From Candidatus Eiseniibacteriota bacterium (GTDB lineage Bacteria > Eisenbacteria > RBG-16-71-46): DNA of 64,000 nucleotides. Each line of letters opens with the position of its first letter. Within the stretch, counting starts at the first letter, position 1. Location: the NCBI GenBank assembly GCA_963725865.1, contig CAVSAC010000012.1, positions 480,001-544,000 of the forward strand. The letters run 5' to 3'. Made by a program: the position numbers and the translations under genes. The notes under the pieces were generated by a model. The model did not search any database, was not told the DNA's origin, and was given only the letters and a program-made list of their open reading frames with translations. Shown in pieces: positions 55,219 through 64,000 of this stretch.

Positions 55219-57918
55219 TCAGCGCACCACCGCGACCCGCGCGCGCGCCACCACGCGGCCGTCGAGCGACAGGCGCGCGAAGCACAGCCCCGGCGGCAGC
55301 GGCGGCAGCGCCGCTCGCAGCTCGTGCGCGCCGGCACCGAGCGGTCCGTCCCACAGCGTCGCCAAGCGCCGGCCCGCGAGATCGAACAGCGCCCACTCGG
55401 CGCGCGCGGCACGCGGCGTCGCGAGCGCCAGGTGGAGCGCGTCGCGCGCGGGATTGGGCCACGGCGGGCGCACCGTCAGCGCGGGCGCACCGGCGTCGAC
55501 GCCGGCCGCCGGCCCCACCGGCGGATCGATGCGCAGGTGGTCGATGCTCCAGCCGCCCGCGCCCGTGAAGTCGTCGGCGGTCATGCGGAACCGCACGCGC
55601 GCCGGTCCGGGCGCGAGCGCCGAGAGGTCGAGCGCCTCGCTTCGCACGCCGGCCGAGAGCCCGCTCCAGCACGGCGAGCCGCTCGGGATCGGGGTGCCGG
55701 TCAGCATCGTGTGCGTGTAGCCGGCGACCGGCGTCAGCGGCGACCACCCGATGCCGTTCACCGAGGCCTCGATCCGCGCGCCGTCCCACGCGTGCGTGAG
55801 GTCGAACGTCTCCAGGTCGACGTGGTGGTCGAAGCGCAGCACGGTGCCGGGGGCGATCGTGGTCAGCAGCGGCGAGACCAGCACCGCGTCGACGTGCGGC
55901 GGGTAGCCCTCGCCGCCGTCGCGGCCGCAGTGCCACCCGCTGCCGCCGGCGGGCAGCGAGCCGTCGGCCGACAGCCGCCACTCGTCGCGCCAGTTGCCGC
56001 CCGCGCTCGCGTGCGTCCAGCCTGCGGCGCCGTTCTCCCAGTCCTCGATCCAGCCCCCGCCGACCGTCAGCGTGTCGGGCGTGGCACCGGCACCCGCCAC
56101 GTTCGGCACTCCCGCGGCGTCGCGCGCGACGAAGTGATAGGCGAGGCGCTGGCCGATCGCGAGCCCGGCGCCGAGCGGGACGGTGAACGTGTCGGCGCCC
56201 GCAAGGCTCGCGGGTGTCCACTGCGCGGGGCCGCCGTCGACGCTCCACGCCACCCACACCGAGTCCACGCCCAGGTTGTCGGTCACCCGTGCGAGCAGCG
56301 TGCGCGGAAGCTGCGCGGGGGCGCACGCCGCGATCGGCACGTGCGCGATCGCGGGCGGCGTCGCGTCGGGCCCGATCGTGAACGTGGCGGGGGCACTCGC
56401 GCCGCCGGGCGGATCGCTGGCGTCGATCCCGGCCGAGTCGCTGGCGGCGTACGCGTAGTACTCGATCACGCCGGGAACCCCGGGCCCCGGCAGCGTGCCG
56501 GCGAACGCGTCGCCGCCGGCGGGCGGCAGCGGCAGCGCGTTCCACGCCGACGCCCCCTGCGGCCGCCAGAACAGCCGCACCGACGCCGGATCGATCGCGC
56601 GCCCCAGCGCTCCGCCCGCGAGGCTCGCGTGCACCGTGAACGCGCGCGCGGCGCCGGCGTCCTCGACGTCGCGCAGCGTGGGGGCCGCGATCGCCACGTG
56701 ACCGGCGCGCGAGATCAGCGACACGTCCATCGCGCCGCGGCCGTCGGTCGCGGTCTCGAACCACGGCACGAACCGCGTGCGCAGCGTGTCGAGCTTGGCC
56801 AGGTCGGCGGCGGTCGCGCTGGTGCCGCGCGGCACCACCAGCGCGAGCGCGATGTGGAACGCCTTGGGTGCCGCCGTCACGTCGGGCACCCGCGGCCCCT
56901 CCGCGGCGATCACGTCGTCGACGCTCCACCAGGTCGCGCGCCCGCGGCAGCCGAGCCCCACGATCGGCGAGGAGGCGATCACGTACGCGGCGTCGGGCAG
57001 GTAGGCGTGCGGATCGTTGACCACGAACAGCGGCGGCACCTCGGCCGCGGCGCGCAGCCCCATCAGGTACTGGTCGAGCGCGAAGTAGTGACCGTAGCGG
57101 CCGACCGTGCGGAACGAATCGGGCGCGACCTCGTCCCACGCGCAGCCGTCCATCAGCGAGGAATCCACGTTCGCGAAGAAGTTCCAGTGCTGGTAGTCGC
57201 GCCCCAGCAGTCCGGGCGAGCGCGTGCCGGCGGAGTCCACGTACACGTACGCCAGCCACCGGTGCCCGAACTCGTGCCCCAGCACGTCGAGCGGGTTCAG
57301 TCCCCAGCCGTCGTCACGGTACGGGTCGTCCCAGTAGCGATGGAGCCCGTTCATGCTCATCACCATGCCGAGGCGCCCCGCGCTGCCGTAGCTGGCGCTG
57401 AAGTCGAACGGCACCAGCCCGATCCCCTGCGTGTCGTTGTGCAGCGGAAACGACGCCGCGAGCGCCCCCGGCGAGCCCAGCCAGGTGTTCTGTCCGCTCG
57501 CCAGGTAGAACGCGAGCGCGTCGTAATCGTCGCCGTGGGTGCGGAAGAACGCGTTGCTCGCCGCGGTGACGTCGAACAGCGGATGCCCCTGCGCGTCGGG
57601 GTAGAAGAACGTGCCGTCGTCCTCGAGCACCGCGATGCCGCCGACGTCGCGGCTGTTGGGGGTCGGCAGCGGATCGGCCAGCACGCGATCGAGGTGCGCC
57701 TGCAACGCGGCGACACCCGCGTCGGGATCCGACGCGCACTCCCACGCGCGATCGATCGCCGCACCCGCGGCACTCGCGCGCGCCGCCGCGATCGCGTGAG
57801 CGCGCGGCGCATCGGGCGCCGGGTGCGCACGCGTGACGGGAGCGGGCGATGCGGCCGCCGTCACGGGCACGAGGAGCGCGGCGCACAGCAGCAGGGCCGG
57901 TGAGCGCGATGAGCACAT
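55219..57918 (-). CDS. Secreted HEXXH zinc metallopeptidase with beta-sandwich domains and T9SS-CTD/FlgD-like tail
   Basis: Signal peptide; VLGHEFGHRW...LLGRDYQHW; Ig-like DATPPAIAH; MAM/InhA-like WDGARIEAS; tail PWPNPARD...LFDLAGRRLATL...LPPGLCFARL. Confidence 0.8.
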   Translation of the reverse strand: MCSSRSPALLLCAALLVPVTAAASPAPVTRAHPAPDAPRAHAIAAARASAAGAAIDRAWECASDPDAGVAALQAHLDRVLADPLPTPNSRDVGGIAVLEDDGTFFYPDAQGHPLFDVTAASNAFFRTHGDDYDALAFYLASGQNTWLGSPGALAASFPLHNDTQGIGLVPFDFSASYGSAGRLGMVMSMNGLHRYWDDPYRDDGWGLNPLDVLGHEFGHRWLAYVYVDSAGTRSPGLLGRDYQHWNFFANVDSSLMDGCAWDEVAPDSFRTVGRYGHYFALDQYLMGLRAAAEVPPLFVVNDPHAYLPDAAYVIASSPIVGLGCRGRATWWSVDDVIAAEGPRVPDVTAAPKAFHIALALVVPRGTSATAADLAKLDTLRTRFVPWFETATDGRGAMDVSLISRAGHVAIAAPTLRDVEDAGAARAFTVHASLAGGALGRAIDPASVRLFWRPQGASAWNALPLPPAGGDAFAGTLPGPGVPGVIEYYAYAASDSAGIDASDPPGGASAPATFTIGPDATPPAIAHVPIAACAPAQLPRTLLARVTDNLGVDSVWVAWSVDGGPAQWTPASLAGADTFTVPLGAGLAIGQRLAYHFVARDAAGVPNVAGAGATPDTLTVGGGWIEDWENGAAGWTHASAGGNWRDEWRLSADGSLPAGGSGWHCGRDGGEGYPPHVDAVLVSPLLTTIAPGTVLRFDHHVDLETFDLTHAWDGARIEASVNGIGWSPLTPVAGYTHTMLTGTPIPSGSPCWSGLSAGVRSEALDLSALAPGPARVRFRMTADDFTGAGGWSIDHLRIDPPVGPAAGVDAGAPALTVRPPWPNPARDALHLALATPRAARAEWALFDLAGRRLATLWDGPLGAGAHELRAALPPLPPGLCFARLSLDGRVVARARVAVVR

Positions 57919-58024
57919 GCGGGGTCTCCGGATCGGGGGGTCGAAGCCACGGACGCGGCGGGCGCCAGTCTAGCGCAGCGCCGCGGCGCCGACAGCGGCC
58001 GCGTGCGGCGGGTTCAGCGCGCGC

Positions 58025-59521
58025 TCACCTTCCGCCGAGCCATACCGCGAGCCCGTCGCCGCGGCTCGGCAGCGCGGGCGAAGGGCGGTGCGCGACGCCC
58101 GCCTCGGGCGGCTCGGCCACCGGCAGGCGCTCGTACTCGGCGGGGGTGAGCCACACGGTGGCGCGCCCGGTGGTCCACGCCGCGAAATCGGGGCGGTCGG
58201 TGAACAGCGGCGCCATGCGTTCGCCGCGCGCGGGGTCCGCGACGCGGAACGGCTCCAACTCGGCTCGCAGGCGCGGCAACGTGACGCGCAGCGCGCGGGC
58301 CTCGGTCGCCGCGGCGCGCATCTCGGGCGCGATCGAGGGCAGCACCATCAGCAGCAGCGCGCCCATCCACGCGCGCGGCCGCCGCGCCCACGCCGGTGCG
58401 AGGCCCGTGAGCGTCGCGGCGCCCCACGCGGCGGCGAGCGCCCACAGCGGCAGGAACGGCACCAGATAGCGATCATCGTAGAGCGTGAGCACCATGATCG
58501 CGACCGGCACCGCCGCGAGCGCCAGCGCCACCGCGCCCAGGCGCCGCACGTGCGGGGTCGCGAGCGCGGCGCCGAGACCGACCACCGCGAGCCAGCCGGT
58601 GGCGCCGGTGGGGGCGAGCAGCGCGCGCTTGAGCGCGTGCGGCAGCGTGTCGAGCCACTTGGCCGGCAAGCCCGGCAGCGCCTCGCGCAGCGCGTGGGGC
58701 CACAGCGCCGGCGGCAGCGTGAAGTCGCGCAGCACCGAGAGTCCCGGCCGCGCGCCCCAGTAGCCGATGATCAGGTAGCTCGACAGGTTGAAGAACGGCG
58801 AGCCGGTCGCGCGCCAGGTGTGCCAGCCCCACGGCGCCCACACCGCCAGCGTGACCGGCAGCACGATCCGCCACGCGCCGCGCCGCGCGAGCGGCAGCAC
58901 CAGCACCAGCGCGGCGAGGAACTCGGGCCGCACCAGCACGCCGGCGCCGAGCGCCAGCCCGGCCGCGAATCCGCGCGGGCGCTCGCGCGCGAGCAGGTCG
59001 AGCGCCAGCATCAGCAGCGCGGCGCCGACCGTCAGCGCCACGTCGTGATGCACCGCGCGCAGCGTGAGCGGCGAGAGCGTCCACAGCAGCGCGGCCGCGG
59101 CCCCCACCGGCGGGCTCACCAGCCGCGCGCCGAGGCGGAACGTGGCGAGTGCGGCGAGCAGCGCAGCGAGTGCCGCGAGCCACGCCATCTGGTCGAGCAC
59201 CGCGGGGCCGCACGCCGCGAGGACCGGCGCCACCACCAGCGGCAGCAGCGGGCCGTGCACCAGCACCGGCACCGTGCCGCGCACCGGATCGCGCAGCGAC
59301 CACAGCGGCGGATGGATCACGCTGGTCGTGCCGCCGGCGCCGGCGAGCAGGTGGCGCGCGGCGACGCCGTACTCCCACGTGTCGTCGAGCGGATCCGGCG
59401 TGCCCGCGCGCAGCAGCGCGAGGTCGGCGAGCCAGAACAGCGCGACCACGAGCAGCGTGCCCTGCAGCCACGGGCGCATGCGCGAAGCGGGCAAGGGGTG
59501 CACGGGGCGCGACGGTGGCAC
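58025..59521 (-). CDS. GT-C (ArnT/PMT-like) membrane glycosyltransferase candidate
   Basis: DDTWEY..AA, HGPLLP, VRPE, W..W..H and RYLVP motifs in a multi-TM protein. Start 59521 or later. Confidence 0.7.
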   Translation of the reverse strand: MPPSRPVHPLPASRMRPWLQGTLLVVALFWLADLALLRAGTPDPLDDTWEYGVAARHLLAGAGGTTSVIHPPLWSLRDPVRGTVPVLVHGPLLPLVVAPVLAACGPAVLDQMAWLAALAALLAALATFRLGARLVSPPVGAAAALLWTLSPLTLRAVHHDVALTVGAALLMLALDLLARERPRGFAAGLALGAGVLVRPEFLAALVLVLPLARRGAWRIVLPVTLAVWAPWGWHTWRATGSPFFNLSSYLIIGYWGARPGLSVLRDFTLPPALWPHALREALPGLPAKWLDTLPHALKRALLAPTGATGWLAVVGLGAALATPHVRRLGAVALALAAVPVAIMVLTLYDDRYLVPFLPLWALAAAWGAATLTGLAPAWARRPRAWMGALLLMVLPSIAPEMRAAATEARALRVTLPRLRAELEPFRVADPARGERMAPLFTDRPDFAAWTTGRATVWLTPAEYERLPVAEPPEAGVAHRPSPALPSRGDGLAVWLGGR

Positions 59522-59626
59522 GCGGCGCGCGCGGGGGTCAAGGCCGCGCGCGCCGCGGACCGCCCGGGTGCCCCGCGGCTGCGTGCTATAGTCCCGCGTC
59601 CCGAACCCGCGTACCGAGGGCCGAGC

Positions 59627-60892
59627 GTGAATCTCGATTGGCGTCGACTCCAGGCGGTCGTGCTCGAGAGCGATGACTGGGGGCTGTGCGCGTGGTCGCC
59701 GGACATCCAGGCCTTCCGCGTCCTCGCCGACGGCCCGGCGTTCCGCACCCAGCCGGGGCGGCGCTACGGCGCCTCGACGCTCGAGAGCGCTGCCGACGTG
59801 CGGCAGCTGGTCGAGTTACTGCTGCAGTTCCGCGGCGCCGACGGGATCGCGCCGGTGTGGCAGGCCAACACCGTGATGGCCGCTCCCGACTTCGCCGCGC
59901 TGAAGCCGCCGCAGTTCGAGCTCCAGACGCTGCCGCTGATCGACTTCCCGGCCACCCCGTCGCGCTGGCAGCGGCCGGGGCTCTGGGAGGCGATCACCGC
60001 CGCGATCGCGACCGGCGCGTGGTGGCCGGAGCTGCACGGCCTCCATCACCTGCCCGAGACCGCATGGCTCGTCGCGCTGCGCCGGGGCGTCGCCGACGCG
60101 CGGCGCGCGCTCGGGCACCAGAGCCTGATCTGCGAGGCGGTCGAGGCCTCGGGCGAATACGACCCGAGCGAGCCGGCGGCCGACCGCGCGCGGCGACTGG
60201 AGGCCGCGGTGGAGCGCTTTCGTCGGCTGTTCGGCCGCGCACCCGGCTCGCTGTGTCCGCCCGACTACCGCTGGGACGATCTGCTCGAGACCGCGGCCGC
60301 GCGCCACGGCATCGCGGTGCTGCAGGGCCGTGCCGAGCGCGTCGGGCCGCCGCTGCCGGCGGTGCGCCGGCTGGTGGGCCGCGTGCGCTGGCCCGAGACC
60401 TCGGGCGGGCTCTTCTGCATGCCGCCGCGCATCGCGTTCGAGCCGGCGGGTCCCGAGCAGCGGCAGGACAAGGTCGGCGCCGCCGCGGTCGCCCGCAGGG
60501 CGCGCGACGCTTGGAACGCGGGCCGCCCCGCGGTGATCAGCACGCATCGCGTCAACTACGCGCACCTGCAGCCCGGGTGGGCCGAGGGCGGGCGCGCGGC
60601 GCTGCGCGAGCTGCTCGCGACGCTGTGCGCGGCGGGAGCGCGCTTCTACACCGACCTCGAAGTGCGCGACCTGCAGCTGCGCGGCTGGTCGCTGCGCCCG
60701 CTCGGCGAAGGTCGCGCCCTGCTGCGCCACCACGGTGTGCCGCGCGAGCCGCTGCGGTTCGCGCCGCCCGCCGGCGTGACGGGGGCCGCGATCCGCGACG
60801 GAAACGGCGACGCCGAGCTGGCGTTCGACGCCGACCTGGTCGAGGTGCGCGCCAATCTCGGCGAGTACGTGCTGGAGTGGAGCCGCTCGTGA
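59627..60892 (+). CDS. Polysaccharide deacetylase-like (CE4/NodB-fold) protein
   Basis: VVLESDDWG, PELHGLHH, PPDYRW, STHRVNY. Confidence 0.7.
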   Translation: MNLDWRRLQAVVLESDDWGLCAWSPDIQAFRVLADGPAFRTQPGRRYGASTLESAADVRQLVELLLQFRGADGIAPVWQANTVMAAPDFAALKPPQFELQTLPLIDFPATPSRWQRPGLWEAITAAIATGAWWPELHGLHHLPETAWLVALRRGVADARRALGHQSLICEAVEASGEYDPSEPAADRARRLEAAVERFRRLFGRAPGSLCPPDYRWDDLLETAAARHGIAVLQGRAERVGPPLPAVRRLVGRVRWPETSGGLFCMPPRIAFEPAGPEQRQDKVGAAAVARRARDAWNAGRPAVISTHRVNYAHLQPGWAEGGRAALRELLATLCAAGARFYTDLEVRDLQLRGWSLRPLGEGRALLRHHGVPREPLRFAPPAGVTGAAIRDGNGDAELAFDADLVEVRANLGEYVLEWSRS

Positions 60893-61602
60893 GCGATCCG
60901 TTCGCGGCGCTCGGGCGCACGCGCAAGGCCAAGTGGGCGTTCTGGAAGTTCAACTGGCTCGCGAACCACGCGGTGGTCACGGCGCTCGAGCGCGCCCGCG
61001 CGCACGCGCGCGGCACCCTGCTCGACCTGGGCTGCGGAACGCGCCCGTTCGCCTACCTGTTCGCGGGCCAGGTCGAGCGCTACCTCGGCACCGACCTGCC
61101 GTCCTCGGCCTACCTGACCGGGAATCCGCCGGACGCCTACGCCCGCGCCGAGGCGCAGCCGATCCGCAGCGGCGCGGTGGACACCGTGCTGGGGCTCTCG
61201 ATGCTGACCTACCTGCCGGAGCCCGACCGCATGCTGGCCGAGGCCTACCGGGTGCTGAAGCCGGGGGGCGTGCTGCTGCTGGAATTCACCCAGATGGTGC
61301 CGCTTCACGACGAGCCCTTCGACTACTTCCGGTTCACGCGCCATGGGGCGCAGTGGCTGCTCGAGCGGGCCGGATTCGAACCGGTCGAATACCTGCCGCT
61401 GGGAGGGCTGTGGAGCCGGGTCGGACTCAGCCTGATCGCCCCGCTCAACCGGCTGAACCGCGGACCCACCCGGCTCCTGACCGAACTGCCGGTCCGCGCG
61501 CTGTACGTGGTCATCCAACTGGCATGCTTCACCCTCGATCGGGTGTTCCCCAACCCCCGCGAGGTCCTTGGCCACCTGGTGGTCGCCCGCAAGCCGGCCT
61601 GA
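60889..61602 (+). CDS. Class I SAM-dependent methyltransferase
   Basis: LLDLGCG, RVLKPGG, LHDEPFDYFRFTRHG; GTGA overlap with the upstream gene. Confidence 0.88.
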   Translation: MSDPFAALGRTRKAKWAFWKFNWLANHAVVTALERARAHARGTLLDLGCGTRPFAYLFAGQVERYLGTDLPSSAYLTGNPPDAYARAEAQPIRSGAVDTVLGLSMLTYLPEPDRMLAEAYRVLKPGGVLLLEFTQMVPLHDEPFDYFRFTRHGAQWLLERAGFEPVEYLPLGGLWSRVGLSLIAPLNRLNRGPTRLLTELPVRALYVVIQLACFTLDRVFPNPREVLGHLVVARKPA

Positions 61603-61657
61603 GCCGGTGGCCGCCCGATCCTTGACCCTGTTCTGACAGGACGGTACTCTCCTCGCC

Positions 61658-63403
61658 GTGATTCCCGCTCCGGTGTCCTCCACGGCACCCACCCCGGTCG
61701 TAAGACTCCTGCCGCAACTGGTCGATTTCGCGGCCCGCCAGTACGGGGACATCCCCTTCCTGCTGCGTTACAGCGCTGGTGAATGGCAGGGCTACTCCTT
61801 CGTGGAGGCGGCCCGTGCCCAGCACGCGTTCCGGGCCCTGCTCGAGCGCGAGGGGGTACGGCCGGGCGACCGCGTCGGGCTCCAGAGCGAGAACCGCCCC
61901 GAGTGGATGCTCGCCTACCTGGCGATCCTCGAGACCGGCGCGGTGGTGGTGCCGCTCGACGCCCAGCTCAAGGCGGTCGAGGTAGGCGAGATCCTGGCTA
62001 CCGCCGGGGCCACCCACTGCGTGGTCAGCGCCCGCCAGCAGGGCGTGATCGAGCAGGTGCGCGGCGCGCGCCTGCCGGAGCTGAAGCTGGTGTCGCTGGA
62101 CCCGGTCGAGGGGCTGCCGACCTGGGACGAGGCGCAGCGCCGGTTCCCGGACGAACCCGCCCGCAAGCTGGAGGCGAGCCCGAACGACCTCGCGGTGCTG
62201 ATCTTCACCTCGGGCACGACCGGCCAGGCCAAAGGCGTGATGCTGTCGCACGCCAACCTGCTCTACAACGTCGAGACCGTGGCCCGCACGTTCGAGTTCG
62301 GGCCCGGCGACCGGTTCCTGTCGGTGCTGCCGCTCCACCACACCTTCGAGTCCACCGGCGAGCTGTGCGCGCTGCGCATCGGCTGCAGCGTCGCGTTCGC
62401 CCGCGGCCTCAACTCGCGCGAGCTGCGCGAGGACATGACCGGCTCGCGCGCGACGCTGTTCATCGGCGTGCCGCTGCTGTACGAGAAGCTGCTGACCGCC
62501 ATTCATCGCGGCATCGGCGAGGCCCCGCTGCCGCGCCGGCTGGTCGCGCAGACGCTGCTGTGGACCGTACGCCTGACCCGCATGCTCACCGGCCGGCGCA
62601 TCGGGCACACGCTCATGCGCCCGATCCGTGAAGCGGCCGGGCTCGGCAGCCTGCGCATGTTCATCTCCGGCGCCGCGCCGCTGGCGGGCGACGTGTTCTG
62701 GGGCTACATCGACCTCGGCTGGATCATGCTCGAAGGCTACGGCCTGACCGAGACCTCGCCGGTCGTGTGCGCGAACCGTCCGCCGCGGCCGCATCCGAAC
62801 GCGGTCGGCGCGCCGGTGCCGGGCGTCGACGTGCGCATCGCGGATCCCGACGACGACGGCAATGGCGAGATCGTGGTGCGCGGTCCCAACGTGATGCTCG
62901 GCTACTTCGGCAATCCCGTGGGCACCGCCGAGGTGCTGCGCGACGGCTGGTTCTACACCGGCGACCTGGGGCACTACACGCGCGACGGGCGGGTGAAGAT
63001 CACCGGGCGGCTCAAGAACATGATCGCCACCGCCGCCGGCAAGAAGATCTATCCGGAGGAGATCGAGGTGTACCTCAGCAACTGCCCTTACGTGCTCGAG
63101 GTGGTCGTGGCCGGGGGCCGCGACGCGCGCGGCGAGCGCGAGGAGGTGCACGCGCACATCTATCCGAACCTGCCGGCGCTCGAGGACCACGCGCGCGAGG
63201 TGAATCGCGCCTGCGACGACGCGTTCGTCGAGGAGACGCTGCGGCGCGAGGTGGACCTGCGCTGCCATTTCCTGGCGTCCTACAAGCGGGTCAAACGGGT
63301 GATCATCCGCCGGCAGGAGTTCGCCAAGACCACCACCGGCAAGATCAAGCGCCAGGGATTCTCCGCCGAGGCCGCGGTGCAGCGCGCCGGCGCCGTCGCC
63401 TGA
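61658..63403 (+). CDS. Long-chain fatty acid-CoA ligase (AMP-forming)
   Basis: IFTSGTTGQAKG, LPLHH, EGYGLTETSP, TGDLG, GRLKNMI, TTGKIKR. Confidence 0.92.
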   Translation: MIPAPVSSTAPTPVVRLLPQLVDFAARQYGDIPFLLRYSAGEWQGYSFVEAARAQHAFRALLEREGVRPGDRVGLQSENRPEWMLAYLAILETGAVVVPLDAQLKAVEVGEILATAGATHCVVSARQQGVIEQVRGARLPELKLVSLDPVEGLPTWDEAQRRFPDEPARKLEASPNDLAVLIFTSGTTGQAKGVMLSHANLLYNVETVARTFEFGPGDRFLSVLPLHHTFESTGELCALRIGCSVAFARGLNSRELREDMTGSRATLFIGVPLLYEKLLTAIHRGIGEAPLPRRLVAQTLLWTVRLTRMLTGRRIGHTLMRPIREAAGLGSLRMFISGAAPLAGDVFWGYIDLGWIMLEGYGLTETSPVVCANRPPRPHPNAVGAPVPGVDVRIADPDDDGNGEIVVRGPNVMLGYFGNPVGTAEVLRDGWFYTGDLGHYTRDGRVKITGRLKNMIATAAGKKIYPEEIEVYLSNCPYVLEVVVAGGRDARGEREEVHAHIYPNLPALEDHAREVNRACDDAFVEETLRREVDLRCHFLASYKRVKRVIIRRQEFAKTTTGKIKRQGFSAEAAVQRAGAVA

Positions 63404-63419
63404 CCGGCGAAGGCGAGCG

Positions 63420-63902
63420 ATGGCCATCGATCCCGTTCCCCATGTCGCGATCAGCAAGATCATCGGCTTGCTCGAGGTGATCGAGGACGCCGGCGGCCGC
63501 TACGACGTGTTCCGGCTCGCGCGCGACATCAACTACGAGTTCGGCGAGATCCTGCAGGTCATCAAGGCCGCCGAGATGCTCGACCTGGTGGTGACGCCCG
63601 GCGCCGACGTGGTGCTCACCGGCACCGGGAGCGCCCTGCTGCGCGCGAAGGTGAATCCCCGCAAGAAGCTCCTGAAGGAGCAGATCAAGAAGCTCCCGCT
63701 GTTCCGCGCGGTGGTCGAGGCGCTGGTGCGCGCCGAGGACCATCGGGCGGACGAGGACGCGTTCCTCGAGATGATCGCGCTGCACCTGCCGGCGGAGAAT
63801 GCGGAGGGGTTGCTGCAGACGGTGATCGATTGGGGGAGGTACGCCGAGCTGCTGGGATACTCGCCGGACGACCAGCAGCTTTATCTGGATCAGGTGGAAT
63901 AG
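63420..63902 (+). CDS. Stand-alone AAA-associated C-terminal domain protein (AAA_assoc_C-like)
   Basis: PHV...IIGLLE...GGR.D...LA...AAEML...DV.LT..G...RK...WGRYAELL.Y pattern; no Walker motifs. Confidence 0.7.
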   Translation: MAIDPVPHVAISKIIGLLEVIEDAGGRYDVFRLARDINYEFGEILQVIKAAEMLDLVVTPGADVVLTGTGSALLRAKVNPRKKLLKEQIKKLPLFRAVVEALVRAEDHRADEDAFLEMIALHLPAENAEGLLQTVIDWGRYAELLGYSPDDQQLYLDQVE

Positions 63903-63949
63903 CGGGCACGGCGCCGCTCCGGCGTCGGGCCATCTGCGGCGTCAGCCGC

Positions 63950-64000
63950 TCGGGGGCAGCCTGCGGAGTGTCCAAGAGGACACGCCTCGGCTGCCCCCGA
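63950..64000. repeat. Long imperfect palindrome / stem-loop
   Basis: TCGGGGGCAGCC (63950-63961) pairs perfectly with GGCTGCCCCCGA (63989-64000), enclosing GTGTCC-aaga-GGACAC. Confidence 0.6.

Overview
High-GC (roughly 70-75% by eye) bacterial chromosomal window with no rRNA, tRNA, CRISPR or IS element that I can recognise. Gene content (FlgD-Ig/T9SS-like C-terminal domains, a PorV-like barrel, ECF/Ser-Thr kinase pairs) suggests an FCB-related diderm such as Ca. Eisenbacteria; that is inference only. In order: a truncated secreted beta-strand-repeat protein, a TPR Ser/Thr kinase and ECF43-like sigma; DUF6165, yebC, a lipoprotein and an SSS transporter; a CorE-like Cys-rich ECF sigma preceded by a 48-aa, 11-Cys metallothionein-like ORF absent from the ORF track (top finding); a urate-to-glyoxylate operon (puuD, allB, alc-uraD fusion, uraH, allA); AEC and RND transporters; GT-C, fabH and pilD; a type IVa pilus locus (pilT-like, B, C, A, V, W, X, M, N, O, P, Q) whose PilT lacks both His-box histidines; a divergent operon of two FN3 proteins (one with an FlgD/T9SS-like CTD) and a PorV-like barrel whose Pro/Ala linker leads to a frameshift-hidden LysM; a scrambled 2-oxoacid dehydrogenase cluster; mntR-mntH(USP) with an operator; CDF, MacAB-like genes, a CTD-bearing metalloprotease, envelope-glycan enzymes, an acyl-CoA ligase and a stand-alone AAA-associated domain. 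Three loci show frameshifts that look like assembly indels.
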